Notes: generated by a model not told the origin, from the letters alone. 15,653 nucleotides of DNA from an uncultured Planctomycetaceae bacterium (GCA_964440045.1 CAYTQR010000037.1:1-15653); one strand, 5' to 3'. Shown: positions 8,660-15,653, counted from the first letter of the stretch. Program-made: numbers and translations.

Positions 8660-9613
8660 TCAATTTCTTTTTTTCAGGATTTTTTCGATTTCAGTTATAT
8701 CATCATCTGACAGTGTAATATCGCCGGCTGGAGCAGTTTGGCCAATCTGGCCTGCTTTGCGCGCCCCGACAATTGCTGCGGTAACTTCAGGCCTTCTCAA
8801 TGTCCAGCTAATCGCAAGCTGAGCAATGGTAATTCCGTTTCGTTTTGCGACAGTCTTTAGCTGGTCGATAATTTTAAAATTTTTCTCGACAAGAGGCGCC
8901 TTAAAGTTCGGGTCCATATTACGAACATCATCGGCGGGCAGAGCCGCTATTTTTTCGAGTGTGAATTTGCCGGTCAGCAGTCCCTTTTGCAGCGGGCTGT
9001 AAACTACTACGCCGATATTATGCTCTGCACAAAAGCCAAGTAGTTCTTTTTCAACATTGCCTCTGAACATACTATAAGGCGGCTGGAGAGATGTTAACGG
9101 ATGGATATCCATTACCCGCTTCAACTGTTCAACATTGCAATTTGAAAGGCCGAGATAGCGAACCTTGCCGGCCTTGACGCATTTCGCCATAGCTCCATAA
9201 CCTTCTTCCAAATCCTCGTCGGGCTCAGGCCAGTGCATTTGATAAAGGTCGATAACTTCAATGCCGAGCCGTTTCAATGATGCATCACATTCTGCGATAA
9301 TACTTTTGGCCTTGAGACAACTGACTTTTTCTCTTCTTTCGTTCCAGCCCAGGCTGCATTTGGTGGCGATGATTGGTTTTTGTGAAATTTGCTTAAGTAC
9401 CTTGCCGATGATTTCCTCGCTGTGACCGCAGCCGTAAACAGGAGCGGTATCCAGCCAGTTGACCCCGACATCCAGGGCTTCGAGAATAGCTGCTACAGAA
9501 TCGTTATCGTCCTGTTGGCCCCAGCCATACTCCCACGGCCCGCCGATAGCCCATGTACCCAGCCCGACTTTGGTTATGTCAAGTTCTGAATTTCCAAGTC
9601 TTGCGATTTTCAT
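8660..9613 (-). CDS. Aldo/keto reductase family oxidoreductase
   Basis: N-terminus MKIARLGNSELDITKVGLGTWAIGG and the DTAPVYG motif, with AKR-fold length (~317 aa). Forms an operon with purB and pyrE on the minus strand. RBS AGGA. Confidence 0.85.
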   Translation of the reverse strand: MKIARLGNSELDITKVGLGTWAIGGPWEYGWGQQDDNDSVAAILEALDVGVNWLDTAPVYGCGHSEEIIGKVLKQISQKPIIATKCSLGWNERREKVSCLKAKSIIAECDASLKRLGIEVIDLYQMHWPEPDEDLEEGYGAMAKCVKAGKVRYLGLSNCNVEQLKRVMDIHPLTSLQPPYSMFRGNVEKELLGFCAEHNIGVVVYSPLQKGLLTGKFTLEKIAALPADDVRNMDPNFKAPLVEKNFKIIDQLKTVAKRNGITIAQLAISWTLRRPEVTAAIVGARKAGQIGQTAPAGDITLSDDDITEIEKILKKRN

Positions 9614-9668
9614 TTTTTACATCCTAAATCACAGCCGTTAGTTTATCACAGCAAAGATTTTTTGGCAA

Positions 9669-9697
9669 TTGCAAATGGACGGTTAATTTGTTATAAA
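9669..9697 (+). promoter_or_regulatory. Sigma70-like promoter for prfB: -35 TTGCAA (9669-9674), 17-nt spacer, -10 TATAAA (9692-9697)
   Basis: Hexamers and spacing read directly from the sequence. They sit about 27 nt upstream of the prfB ATG, with RBS AAGGT at 9715-9719. Confidence 0.4.
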
Positions 9698-9723
9698 ACT
9701 GCTTTTAACGGTCAAGGTAAAAT

Positions 9724-10840
9724 ATGGAATTAGCGGAACTTAAACAGAGAATCGATTGTCTGCGGGCCCGGATAGCAAAAATCCGGGACTGGCTTTGACG
9801 TCGCCGCCAAGCAGACAGAAAGACAAAAGCTCGAAAAGCAAATGGCCATCGCCGGCTTCTGGGACAATCAGGACACAGCCAAGGCGGTTGTCTCAAGGCT
9901 AAGTGCGCTGAAAACGCTGACCGAGCCGGTAATTCAAATCGAGTCGGAAACCACCGACCTTGCTGACCTTTTCGACCTCGCCGCCGCAGAGGAAGACCCC
10001 CAAACTCTTTCGGATGTGGAAAAAGACCTGCTCTTTTTTGAGAAAAAATGCGACCATATAGAGCTTACCGGCACACTCAGCGGGCCGGACGATATGAAAA
10101 ACTGCTTTTTCAGCATCCACGCCGGGGCAGGCGGAACTGAAAGTTGCGACTGGGCCAATATGCTCTTGAGAATGTACACTCGCTATTTTCAGCAGAACAA
10201 ATTTAGTTTCGACCAGTTGGATTTAACGCCAGGCGAAGAGGTGGGCCTGCGTTCGATTACACTGAAAGTCAGCGGCCCCTTTGCATTCGGTAAACTCTCG
10301 TGTGAGACAGGCGTTCACAGGCTCGTCAGGATAAGCCCGTTCGATGCGAACAAAAGACGTCATACGAGCTTCGCCGCCGTGGACGTTATGCCTGAATATG
10401 ACGAGGATATTGATATTGAAATAAATGAAGACGACCTCAGGGTTGACTACTATCGCGCGGGCGGCGCTGGCGGCCAGCACGTCAACAAAACAAGCTCAGC
10501 AGTACGCATCACTCATGGCCCGACCGGAATTGTTGTCCAGTGCCAAAATGACCGAAGCCAGCATCGAAACAAGGCAGAGGCAATGAGGATGCTAAAAAGC
10601 AAGCTGTATATGCTCGAACAGCAAAAACGCGATGACCAGGTTGCAAAAGTTTACGGCGCCAAAGGAGAAATCGCCTGGGGCAACCAGATTCGCAGTTACG
10701 TCCTTCAGCCTTACCAAATGGTCAAGGACCATCGAACCGATTTCCAGACTGGAAACGTTGACGCTGTCCTCGATGGCGATATTGAGGATTTTATCGAAAG
10801 CTATCTGCACCACAGAGCAGAAAAAAAACATAAAAAATAA
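9724..10840 (+). CDS. prfB: Peptide chain release factor 2, two-frame CDS joined by programmed +1 ribosomal frameshift: join(9724..9795,9797..10840)
   Basis: Frame 0 from ATG 9724 encodes MELAELKQRIDCLRARIAKIRDWL and hits an in-frame TGA at 9796-9798, inside the canonical CTT TGA C shift site (9793-9799). The +1 frame continues DVAAKQTERQKLEKQMAIAGFWDNQD... through the RF2-specific SPF motif (RISPFDANKRRHTSFAAVDV) and the GGQ motif (AGGAGGQHVNKT). The ORF track lists only 9842..10840, which starts at an internal Met. Confidence 0.9.
9785..9799 (+). other. prfB +1 frameshift cassette: SD-like GGGA (9785-9788), spacer, CTT TGA C (9793-9799)
   Basis: Matches the conserved RF2 autoregulatory motif (E. 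coli AGGGGG UAU CUU UGA C). The internal SD-like element here is weaker (GGGA). Confidence 0.8.
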
Positions 10841-10849
10841 TAATTGGTT

Positions 10850-10878
10850 AACCCCGACCCTTGTGGTCGGGGTTGTTT
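10850..10878 (+). terminator. Rho-independent terminator downstream of prfB
   Basis: Perfect 10-bp stem AACCCCGACC / GGTCGGGGTT with a 5-nt loop, followed by GTTT. Confidence 0.75.
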
Positions 10879-10881
10879 AGC

Positions 10882-10906
10882 CGTCGCTGGCACGGCGACG
10901 ATATTT
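10882..10906 (+). terminator. Second hairpin directly after the prfB terminator (tandem arrangement)
   Basis: Stem CGTCGC (10882-10887) / GCGACG (10895-10900) with two extra inner pairs, followed by ATATTT. Weaker than the first hairpin. Confidence 0.35.
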
Positions 10907-10981
10907 AGCCCAAAAAATGTGTTAATTCGTGTCCATTCGTGGCAAAAAAACCCGTGAAATATGTGGTTAGAATTTAACAGT

Positions 10982-11010
10982 TTGCAAATTTGTCTATCTT
11001 CCTTTAGAAT
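10982..11010 (+). promoter_or_regulatory. Sigma70-like promoter for proC: -35 TTGCAA (10982-10987), 17-nt spacer, -10 TAGAAT (11005-11010)
   Basis: Near-consensus hexamers with optimal spacing about 37 nt upstream of the proC ATG. RBS AAGGGGA at 11034-11040. Confidence 0.5.
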
Positions 11011-11047
11011 TATATTCGTACATAATTTATTCACAAGGGGAAATTAA

Positions 11048-11860
11048 ATGGCTAAAATTGGTTTTATAGGCGCCGGCAATATGGCCGAGGCAATCATAAA
11101 GGGCATTATCAGCGCTAATATCTATAAGGCCCAGGATATAGTTATCAGCGACGTCCGCGCCGACAGGGTCCAGCAGATGTGTGATGAATACAAAATAACA
11201 TCTGCAGATAGTAATACACAGATAGCCGAATCCGTTGACCTGCTTGTTTTGAGCATCAAGCCGCAGAATATGGCCGATGTTTTGGACGAGATAAAAGGTT
11301 CTGTAACTAAAAATCTCCTCGTAGTTTCCATAGCTGCCGGGATTACAACCGCCCGAATCCAAAAGGCTCTCGGCGATATTCCTATTATTCGTGTTATGCC
11401 GAACACACCAGCCCTGATAGGCGCCGGCGCTGCCGGCATATACGCAACAAAGCAGGCCGCCGATAGATTAAAAGAGGCTGAGCGGATATTTTCTGCTGTC
11501 GGCTTAGCCGTAATAGTTGAGGATGAAAAGCTGCTGGACGTTGTAACTGCGGTCAGCGGCTCCGGCCCTGCGTATTTCTTTTTAGTTATGGAGGAGATGA
11601 TAAAAACGGCTCAAAAGCTGGGCCTTAAAAACGAGCTTGCCGAAAAGCTTGTTTTGCAGACGGCAAAAGGGGCAGGGCTACTTGCTGTTGAAGCTGCCGG
11701 CAGGAATGAATCGCCTTCGATTTTGAGGAAAAAGGTTACTTCGCCCGGCGGCACGACCGAAGCAGCTTTGAAAATTTTTTCAAAGTGTGGCTTTGAAAAA
11801 ATCGTGTACGACGCCCTCAAAGCTGCTGCCGACAGAAGCGAAGAATTGTCTAAAGGTTAA
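11048..11860 (+). CDS. proC: Pyrroline-5-carboxylate reductase
   Basis: Rossmann N-terminus MAKIGFIGAGNMAEAII and the P5CR C-terminal dimerisation domain (SPGGTTEAAL). Confidence 0.9.
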   Translation: MAKIGFIGAGNMAEAIIKGIISANIYKAQDIVISDVRADRVQQMCDEYKITSADSNTQIAESVDLLVLSIKPQNMADVLDEIKGSVTKNLLVVSIAAGITTARIQKALGDIPIIRVMPNTPALIGAGAAGIYATKQAADRLKEAERIFSAVGLAVIVEDEKLLDVVTAVSGSGPAYFFLVMEEMIKTAQKLGLKNELAEKLVLQTAKGAGLLAVEAAGRNESPSILRKKVTSPGGTTEAALKIFSKCGFEKIVYDALKAAADRSEELSKG

Positions 11861-11869
11861 CGGGTTAGA

Positions 11870-12538
11870 TTATTCTACTTCAATAGCCTCTACCGGGCAT
11901 TCATCATTTTTTGTTTTCCAGTCGTACTCGGCATTTCCGTTGCTTTCATCGTCGTTATCAGCCATAAGAAACAGCTTTCCTTGAGCTGAATAATTATTAT
12001 CAACCCAGCCGATGACGTAAATTATTTCTTCACTCGGCCACTGACTGCCCGTGCCGGTGTCCGTCTTTATCTGTCGATATTTGCCTTTTGTAATGAAATA
12101 CAGAAGCTGGTTATTTTTGCCGGTCTGGTCCTGATATATTTTCGTTGGGTCGATATTGCCGATGAATTCGGCAGTGATGGTATAAATGCTCTTGGTGTAC
12201 TGGTATTCACATCGCCACTGACCGATTGCTTTTCCATTTGGATCTATGATTATTTCAATATCTCCCCTTTGTTCATCTTTTCGTTTAACGTCGCCGGTAA
12301 AAACAGTTTTCTTTTCTATAACAGTCTTACCGCCTTTTGTCGTCTGTTCTACAGGAAAACTTCCCTGGCGGATTAATCTTTGTTCCTCGAACCAAGGTCT
12401 TTCCTCATAGGGGCTTCGGCTATCCATATCAGGCCCTAAAAGTCCTCTCAGGTTTACCATATAAAGAATCGCTATGATTGCTATGACAATCAGAAAGCCC
12501 AGGAGTATAAAACCATTTTTGTTATCTCTTTTTCGCAT
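11870..12538 (-). CDS. Hypothetical membrane-anchored protein with degenerate prepilin-like N-terminus
   Basis: The ATG at 12538 gives MRKRDNKNG|FILLGFLIVIAIIAILYMV: a short basic leader ending in Gly-Phe, then a 19-residue hydrophobic helix with the IAIIAIL core typical of pilin/pseudopilin N-termini. It lacks the canonical Thr/Ser at +2 and Glu at +5. The remaining ~190 aa are hydrophilic and beta-rich with an acidic C-terminus, and I recognise no domain. An alternative TTG start at 12577 is possible. No clear SD for either start. Confidence 0.55.
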   Translation of the reverse strand: MRKRDNKNGFILLGFLIVIAIIAILYMVNLRGLLGPDMDSRSPYEERPWFEEQRLIRQGSFPVEQTTKGGKTVIEKKTVFTGDVKRKDEQRGDIEIIIDPNGKAIGQWRCEYQYTKSIYTITAEFIGNIDPTKIYQDQTGKNNQLLYFITKGKYRQIKTDTGTGSQWPSEEIIYVIGWVDNNYSAQGKLFLMADNDDESNGNAEYDWKTKNDECPVEAIEVE

Positions 12539-12604
12539 ATTGAAAATAATTTTACATTTTGCCTGGCGTAATGGCAAGGATTGAGAAGGGGTGGATTTTT
12601 TCCT

Positions 12605-12633
12605 TTGACGACAGCGATAAAGGGGATTATTCT
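12605..12633 (+). promoter_or_regulatory. Possible promoter for the PLC-like gene: -35 TTGACG (12605-12610), 17-nt spacer, -10 TATTCT (12628-12633)
   Basis: Good -35 but a weak -10. Followed by an imperfect inverted repeat TTGCCTTT-n7-AAGGGCAA (12639-12661) in the leader. Confidence 0.25.
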
Positions 12634-12708
12634 ATTTGTTGCCTTTTGAGTGGAAGGGCAACCGGACGAAATCACAGCGGGATAGCTCATTGATTGGGGA
12701 GCAAAAAA

Positions 12709-13749
12709 ATGAAAAGTATAGCACATGCCTGGGTGGGATTGATGGCGCTGAGGAGATTGCGAAAACTCAGTAAGACATTCGACAGTTACTACAAAAAGCA
12801 AACTAAAGCTTTTGTGCAGTTTTTTGACAAGCATAAAGACGCCTTTGTGCAAGGCGCATGGTTTCCTGATTCTGTAATATCTGATAATCTTGCAGGAGCC
12901 CATACATATAAGCTTAAGGTTCCGACCAATAACCTTGAGAAAAAAGAAGCGAAAAAAATAGGTAACAGGACGCCGAAACATTTAAGCTGTCAGACGCTGA
13001 TAAAAAATGAATCAGGACTCAATCGGAAACTTTATAACAAATACAAATATACTCTGCCTGACAGGTGCGAGGCGCTGAGTCATGCGATAAGAGATATGAT
13101 ACTTATCCAGAGAAAAGAGCCAAAGGGGTCGGATATAATGTTTAACGATGACCAGATAACCCTTTATTTTCTTATGCTCAGTCATTATCTCGCCGATGCC
13201 CATGTTCCGCCGCACAGCGATGCACGCGACTTTTATGACCCATCAACTATACATCCGGATATGGAGAAGTTCTGGGACAAAGAGATATTAAAATATTATT
13301 CCTTTGATAAAAAAAGGAAATGCTTTAATTATGATATTGACGGCGTTCCTGAGCTTGAAGAAAAGAAAAAGGAGGAGTTTAAAGGATCCTTCCTGTATAA
13401 ATCACTGAAAATACTGGATTCGAGAAGGTGGGATCCTGCCGACAAGAAAATATTAGGCAGCGGAAACAAAAAAATATACGACTATTTAAAAGGGGTGTGT
13501 CTGATCTCCTATCTTGTCAGCAGCGAATTTGTTCCGCTCTCAACACCGCCGGCAAGATATAATAAATTAAAAATACTAAAAGAACAGAAATACCTTGATG
13601 AGTTAATAAGGATAAGCCCGCATATTTTTGCTGATGCCATTGATTCGATTGCTCTTGTCTGGCTGATAACGTGGGATAAATATAATAAATTAAAGACAGA
13701 AATTGCAGAGAAGAAAAAAGAAATAGCAAAGGCCAAAAATAAAAAATAA
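12709..13749 (+). CDS. Zinc-dependent phospholipase C / S1-P1 nuclease superfamily protein, no signal peptide, with long C-terminal extension
   Basis: The ATG at 12709 has RBS GGGGAG 8 nt upstream; the track start at 12694 is a TTG. LSHYLADAHVPPH matches the superfamily metal-binding block (B. cereus PLC LHYLGDVNQPMH; P1 nuclease HFIGDMTQPLH). N-terminal IAHAWVG resembles the H-x-W of the mature N-terminal metal site. Further His/Asp (GAHTYK, DFYDP, IHPDME) are candidate ligands. There is no hydrophobic signal sequence. The C-terminus is a Lys/Glu-rich helical tail. Confidence 0.55.
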   Translation: MKSIAHAWVGLMALRRLRKLSKTFDSYYKKQTKAFVQFFDKHKDAFVQGAWFPDSVISDNLAGAHTYKLKVPTNNLEKKEAKKIGNRTPKHLSCQTLIKNESGLNRKLYNKYKYTLPDRCEALSHAIRDMILIQRKEPKGSDIMFNDDQITLYFLMLSHYLADAHVPPHSDARDFYDPSTIHPDMEKFWDKEILKYYSFDKKRKCFNYDIDGVPELEEKKKEEFKGSFLYKSLKILDSRRWDPADKKILGSGNKKIYDYLKGVCLISYLVSSEFVPLSTPPARYNKLKILKEQKYLDELIRISPHIFADAIDSIALVWLITWDKYNKLKTEIAEKKKEIAKAKNKK

Positions 13750-13818
13750 AAATAGGGTGCCGATAGTCAGAAAACCTGTTACATTAAGCGGTAACAATTT
13801 ATCTGGAAAGGAACTGTT

Positions 13819-15324
13819 ATGGATGCTGTATGGGAACAAATGCCCTTAAATAAGGTCAAAGCAACTTTAATACTTGTTGTTGTGGTTTCGATTGGCTTTA
13901 TAGCTCTAATTGCCAGTTCAATCGTGAAGATTGACGGCGATGAAGTCGGGATCGTAGAGAAGAAATTGTTCGGCGGAAATCTTCCCGAAGGAAAGGTTCT
14001 GGCGATAAATGGAGAGAATGGCGTCCAGGCCCAAATTCTGGCGCCGGGCTGGCATGTCAAATGGAAATGGCAGTATAATGTTACCCAGATTAAGATGACC
14101 GAGATACAAACGGGGTTTGTTGGTCTGATACAAGCAGCGGACGGACGAAGTTTGCCGGCCGACTCAATTTATGCGCCCGAATGGAAAGAGCCGGAGAAAA
14201 TGCTCAATGCCGAATATTTTCTCGGCCAGGGCAAGGGTTATAAAGGCCCCCAGCTTTCAGTGCTTTCGCCGGGCAGATACCGCATCAATACCAAGCTGTT
14301 TACTATAACACCTGTGCCAATAACAAACGTTGAGGTTGGTACAGTTGCGGTTATTAAAAGTAATGTGGGCGAAGTAATTAAGTCTGAAGACCGCCTTGTG
14401 GAAGTAGGTCAGAGAGGGGTATGGAATGAACCGAAAACGGAAGGAAAATACAGACTGCATACTAAAGCTTATGAAGTGACACCTGTCAGCATTCGACAGG
14501 TTAAGGTTAGCTACACCGCCGAGAAAGAAAGCGGTGAAGCGAGAGGGTATCAGCCTATGAAGCCAATAACCGTTCGCAGCAAGGACGGCTTTACATTTCC
14601 TGTGGATGTTCGTATGACCTATGAGATAAACAGCAAAAATGCGCCGCGAGTAGTTGCTACGGTCGGCGATGATGCACTTGTCCTGACCAAGCTGGTAACG
14701 CCGGCAGTAAGAGCGATATTTAGAAATAATGCTGAAAAGGTCAAAACGCTTGAATATGTTCAGAACCGCTCAAGGCAGGAATCGCAAAGTACGTCAATGC
14801 TAAAAGAGGAACTTGCCAAATACGGAGTAACCGTTCTTGCCGTTCGTATCGGTGATGTTGGAGATGAAAAGAGCTTAGGTTCGCTCCTGAAAACCCAGAC
14901 AGACCGCGAGATAGCCCTTCAGGAACAGGCAACATTTGAGGAGCAGCAGCGTGCAGCGGAAAAACAAAAGGAATTAACAAAAACCACACAGGAAGCAGAA
15001 GAGGAAAAACGGCTGGCAACTGCCAGTTACAGTGTGCAGGTCGCTGAGCAGGATAAGCAGAAAAGAATTATTGGGGCACAGGCTGAAGCCGAGAGAATCA
15101 AGCTTACTGCTGAAGCACAGGCTGAGGCTTATAAGAAAATTTCCGAGGTGATTGGCCGAGATAATGCCGCTCTTATTGAGATTATGAAACTTGTCGAGGC
15201 CGGGAAAATCAAGATTACGCCGGATGTAATGGTCGGCGGCGCAGGAGCAGGTATGACCGATGCACTGATGGGAACTGTTCTAAGGGGTATGCTCGATAAA
15301 GAAGCTGCTTCCGGAAGAAAATAA
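13819..15324 (+). CDS. SPFH/band-7 domain protein, flotillin-like (FloT/YqiK type)
   Basis: N-terminal TM helix (ATLILVVVVSIGFIALIASSIV), then an SPFH domain opening (VKIDGDEVGIVEKKLFGG...LAPGWHV), then an extended E/A/Q-rich coiled-coil region (EQQRAAEKQKELTKTTQEAEEEKRLA...AQAEAERIKLTAEAQAEAYKK) typical of flotillin-family proteins. ~500 aa. RBS GGAAAGGA. Confidence 0.8.
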   Translation: MDAVWEQMPLNKVKATLILVVVVSIGFIALIASSIVKIDGDEVGIVEKKLFGGNLPEGKVLAINGENGVQAQILAPGWHVKWKWQYNVTQIKMTEIQTGFVGLIQAADGRSLPADSIYAPEWKEPEKMLNAEYFLGQGKGYKGPQLSVLSPGRYRINTKLFTITPVPITNVEVGTVAVIKSNVGEVIKSEDRLVEVGQRGVWNEPKTEGKYRLHTKAYEVTPVSIRQVKVSYTAEKESGEARGYQPMKPITVRSKDGFTFPVDVRMTYEINSKNAPRVVATVGDDALVLTKLVTPAVRAIFRNNAEKVKTLEYVQNRSRQESQSTSMLKEELAKYGVTVLAVRIGDVGDEKSLGSLLKTQTDREIALQEQATFEEQQRAAEKQKELTKTTQEAEEEKRLATASYSVQVAEQDKQKRIIGAQAEAERIKLTAEAQAEAYKKISEVIGRDNAALIEIMKLVEAGKIKITPDVMVGGAGAGMTDALMGTVLRGMLDKEAASGRK

Positions 15325-15342
15325 AAATGGAGATTGATAATT

Positions 15343-15633
15343 ATGGAATCTATTACGTTAAGTAGTGAAAATTTGTTTTGGATAATAATTGTCGGCGCTG
15401 TCTGTATTACTGTAGGGTGGATTGCAGTTTTTCTGCTCCTGCGAAAACAACAAGGGCAGCTGGAGGTGTTTTTAAGAGATGGCAATGGCGTAAAGCTGCT
15501 GACCGTGGTGTTTGTGATATTTGCCACTACGATTCTTGCGGTTATGGGTGCACTGAGCGAGGCGGTCGCAGCGATATTTTCCGGAGTTGTAGGGTATGTC
15601 CTTGGTTCGGTAAGAGGGACAAAAGCCGGGTAA
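15343..15633 (+). CDS. Small hypothetical membrane protein (96 aa, two predicted TM helices) co-transcribed with the flotillin-like gene
   Basis: The ATG at 15343 has GGAG 10 nt upstream and lies 18 nt after the flotillin stop. Hydrophobic segments IIIVGAVCITVGWIAVFLLL and LLTVVFVIFATTILAVMGAL, then a glycine-rich amphipathic tail. I recognise no family. Confidence 0.6.
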   Translation: MESITLSSENLFWIIIVGAVCITVGWIAVFLLLRKQQGQLEVFLRDGNGVKLLTVVFVIFATTILAVMGALSEAVAAIFSGVVGYVLGSVRGTKAG

Positions 15634-15653
15634 AAGAATTTAAGAAAACTATA

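Noticed and set aside
9641-9723. Apparent repeats ACGGTTAA / TTAACGGT and CCGTTA in the AKR-prfB divergent promoter region
   Set aside because: On inspection they are not true inverted or direct repeats (TTAACGGT is not the reverse complement of ACGGTTAA). Probably chance.
9705-10480. Minus-strand ORFs 9705..9896, 9899..10120, 9934..10179, 10223..10480 overlapping prfB
   Set aside because: Antisense to RF2. Arg/Ser-rich translations typical of the reverse frame of a coding region.
9842-10840. Taking 9842 as the prfB start (as in the ORF track)
   Set aside because: Met at 9842 is internal. The conserved RF2 N-terminus is encoded upstream from ATG 9724 in frame 0 and joined through the +1 frameshift at CTT TGA C.
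11870-12577. Calling the anchored protein a canonical type IV pilin/pseudopilin
   Set aside because: It lacks the Thr/Ser at +2 and the Glu at +5 of the prepilin cleavage/methylation motif. Only the general leader-Gly-Phe-hydrophobic layout is pilin-like, so it is described as degenerate or pilin-like only.
12490-12981. 163-aa minus-strand ORF spanning the divergent intergenic region and the starts of both flanking genes
   Set aside because: It overlaps two better-supported genes and their promoter region. Its translation is Cys/Arg/Phe-rich with no recognisable domain or RBS.
1-15653. CRISPR arrays, tRNA/rRNA genes, IS elements or integrases
   Set aside because: No direct-repeat/spacer arrays and no tRNA-like conserved stems (T-loop GTTCRA) in any intergenic region. 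No transposase- or integrase-like ORFs. Intergenic spacers are short and explained by promoters and terminators.

Overview
A 15.6-kb window from a mid-GC (~45%) bacterial chromosome, densely coding and mostly housekeeping. Taxonomy is unclear: the gene order resembles Firmicutes, while one predicted protein has a pilin-like N-terminus. Gene calls below come from my own reading of the translated ORFs and motifs; product names are from recall, not from a database search.

Plus strand, positions 191-6664: apbE (FAD:protein FMN transferase), pheA (chorismate mutase/prephenate dehydratase), tpiA, secG, yicC, gmk, rpoZ, then coaC and coaB as two separate overlapping genes (a split coaBC). A short N-terminal fragment of a probable radical-SAM family protein is encoded divergently at the left edge (1-129, minus strand).

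Minus strand, positions 6661-9613: an operon of an aldo/keto reductase, purB and pyrE.

Plus strand, positions 9724-11860: prfB (release factor 2) is encoded in two frames joined by the classic programmed +1 frameshift at CTT TGA C (9793-9799); the ORF track shows only its downstream part. It is followed by tandem terminator hairpins and then proC.

Accessory-looking cluster, positions 11870-15633: this is the only part that does not look like housekeeping. It holds a minus-strand membrane-anchored protein with a degenerate pilin-like N-terminus; a divergently transcribed cytoplasmic protein carrying the zinc-dependent phospholipase C / S1-P1 nuclease motif (HYLxDxxxPxH); a ~500-aa SPFH (flotillin-like) membrane protein; and a 96-aa two-helix membrane protein. 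I flag this cluster as a candidate membrane-associated module of unknown function, on inference only.

No CRISPR arrays, tRNAs, rRNAs or mobile elements are evident.
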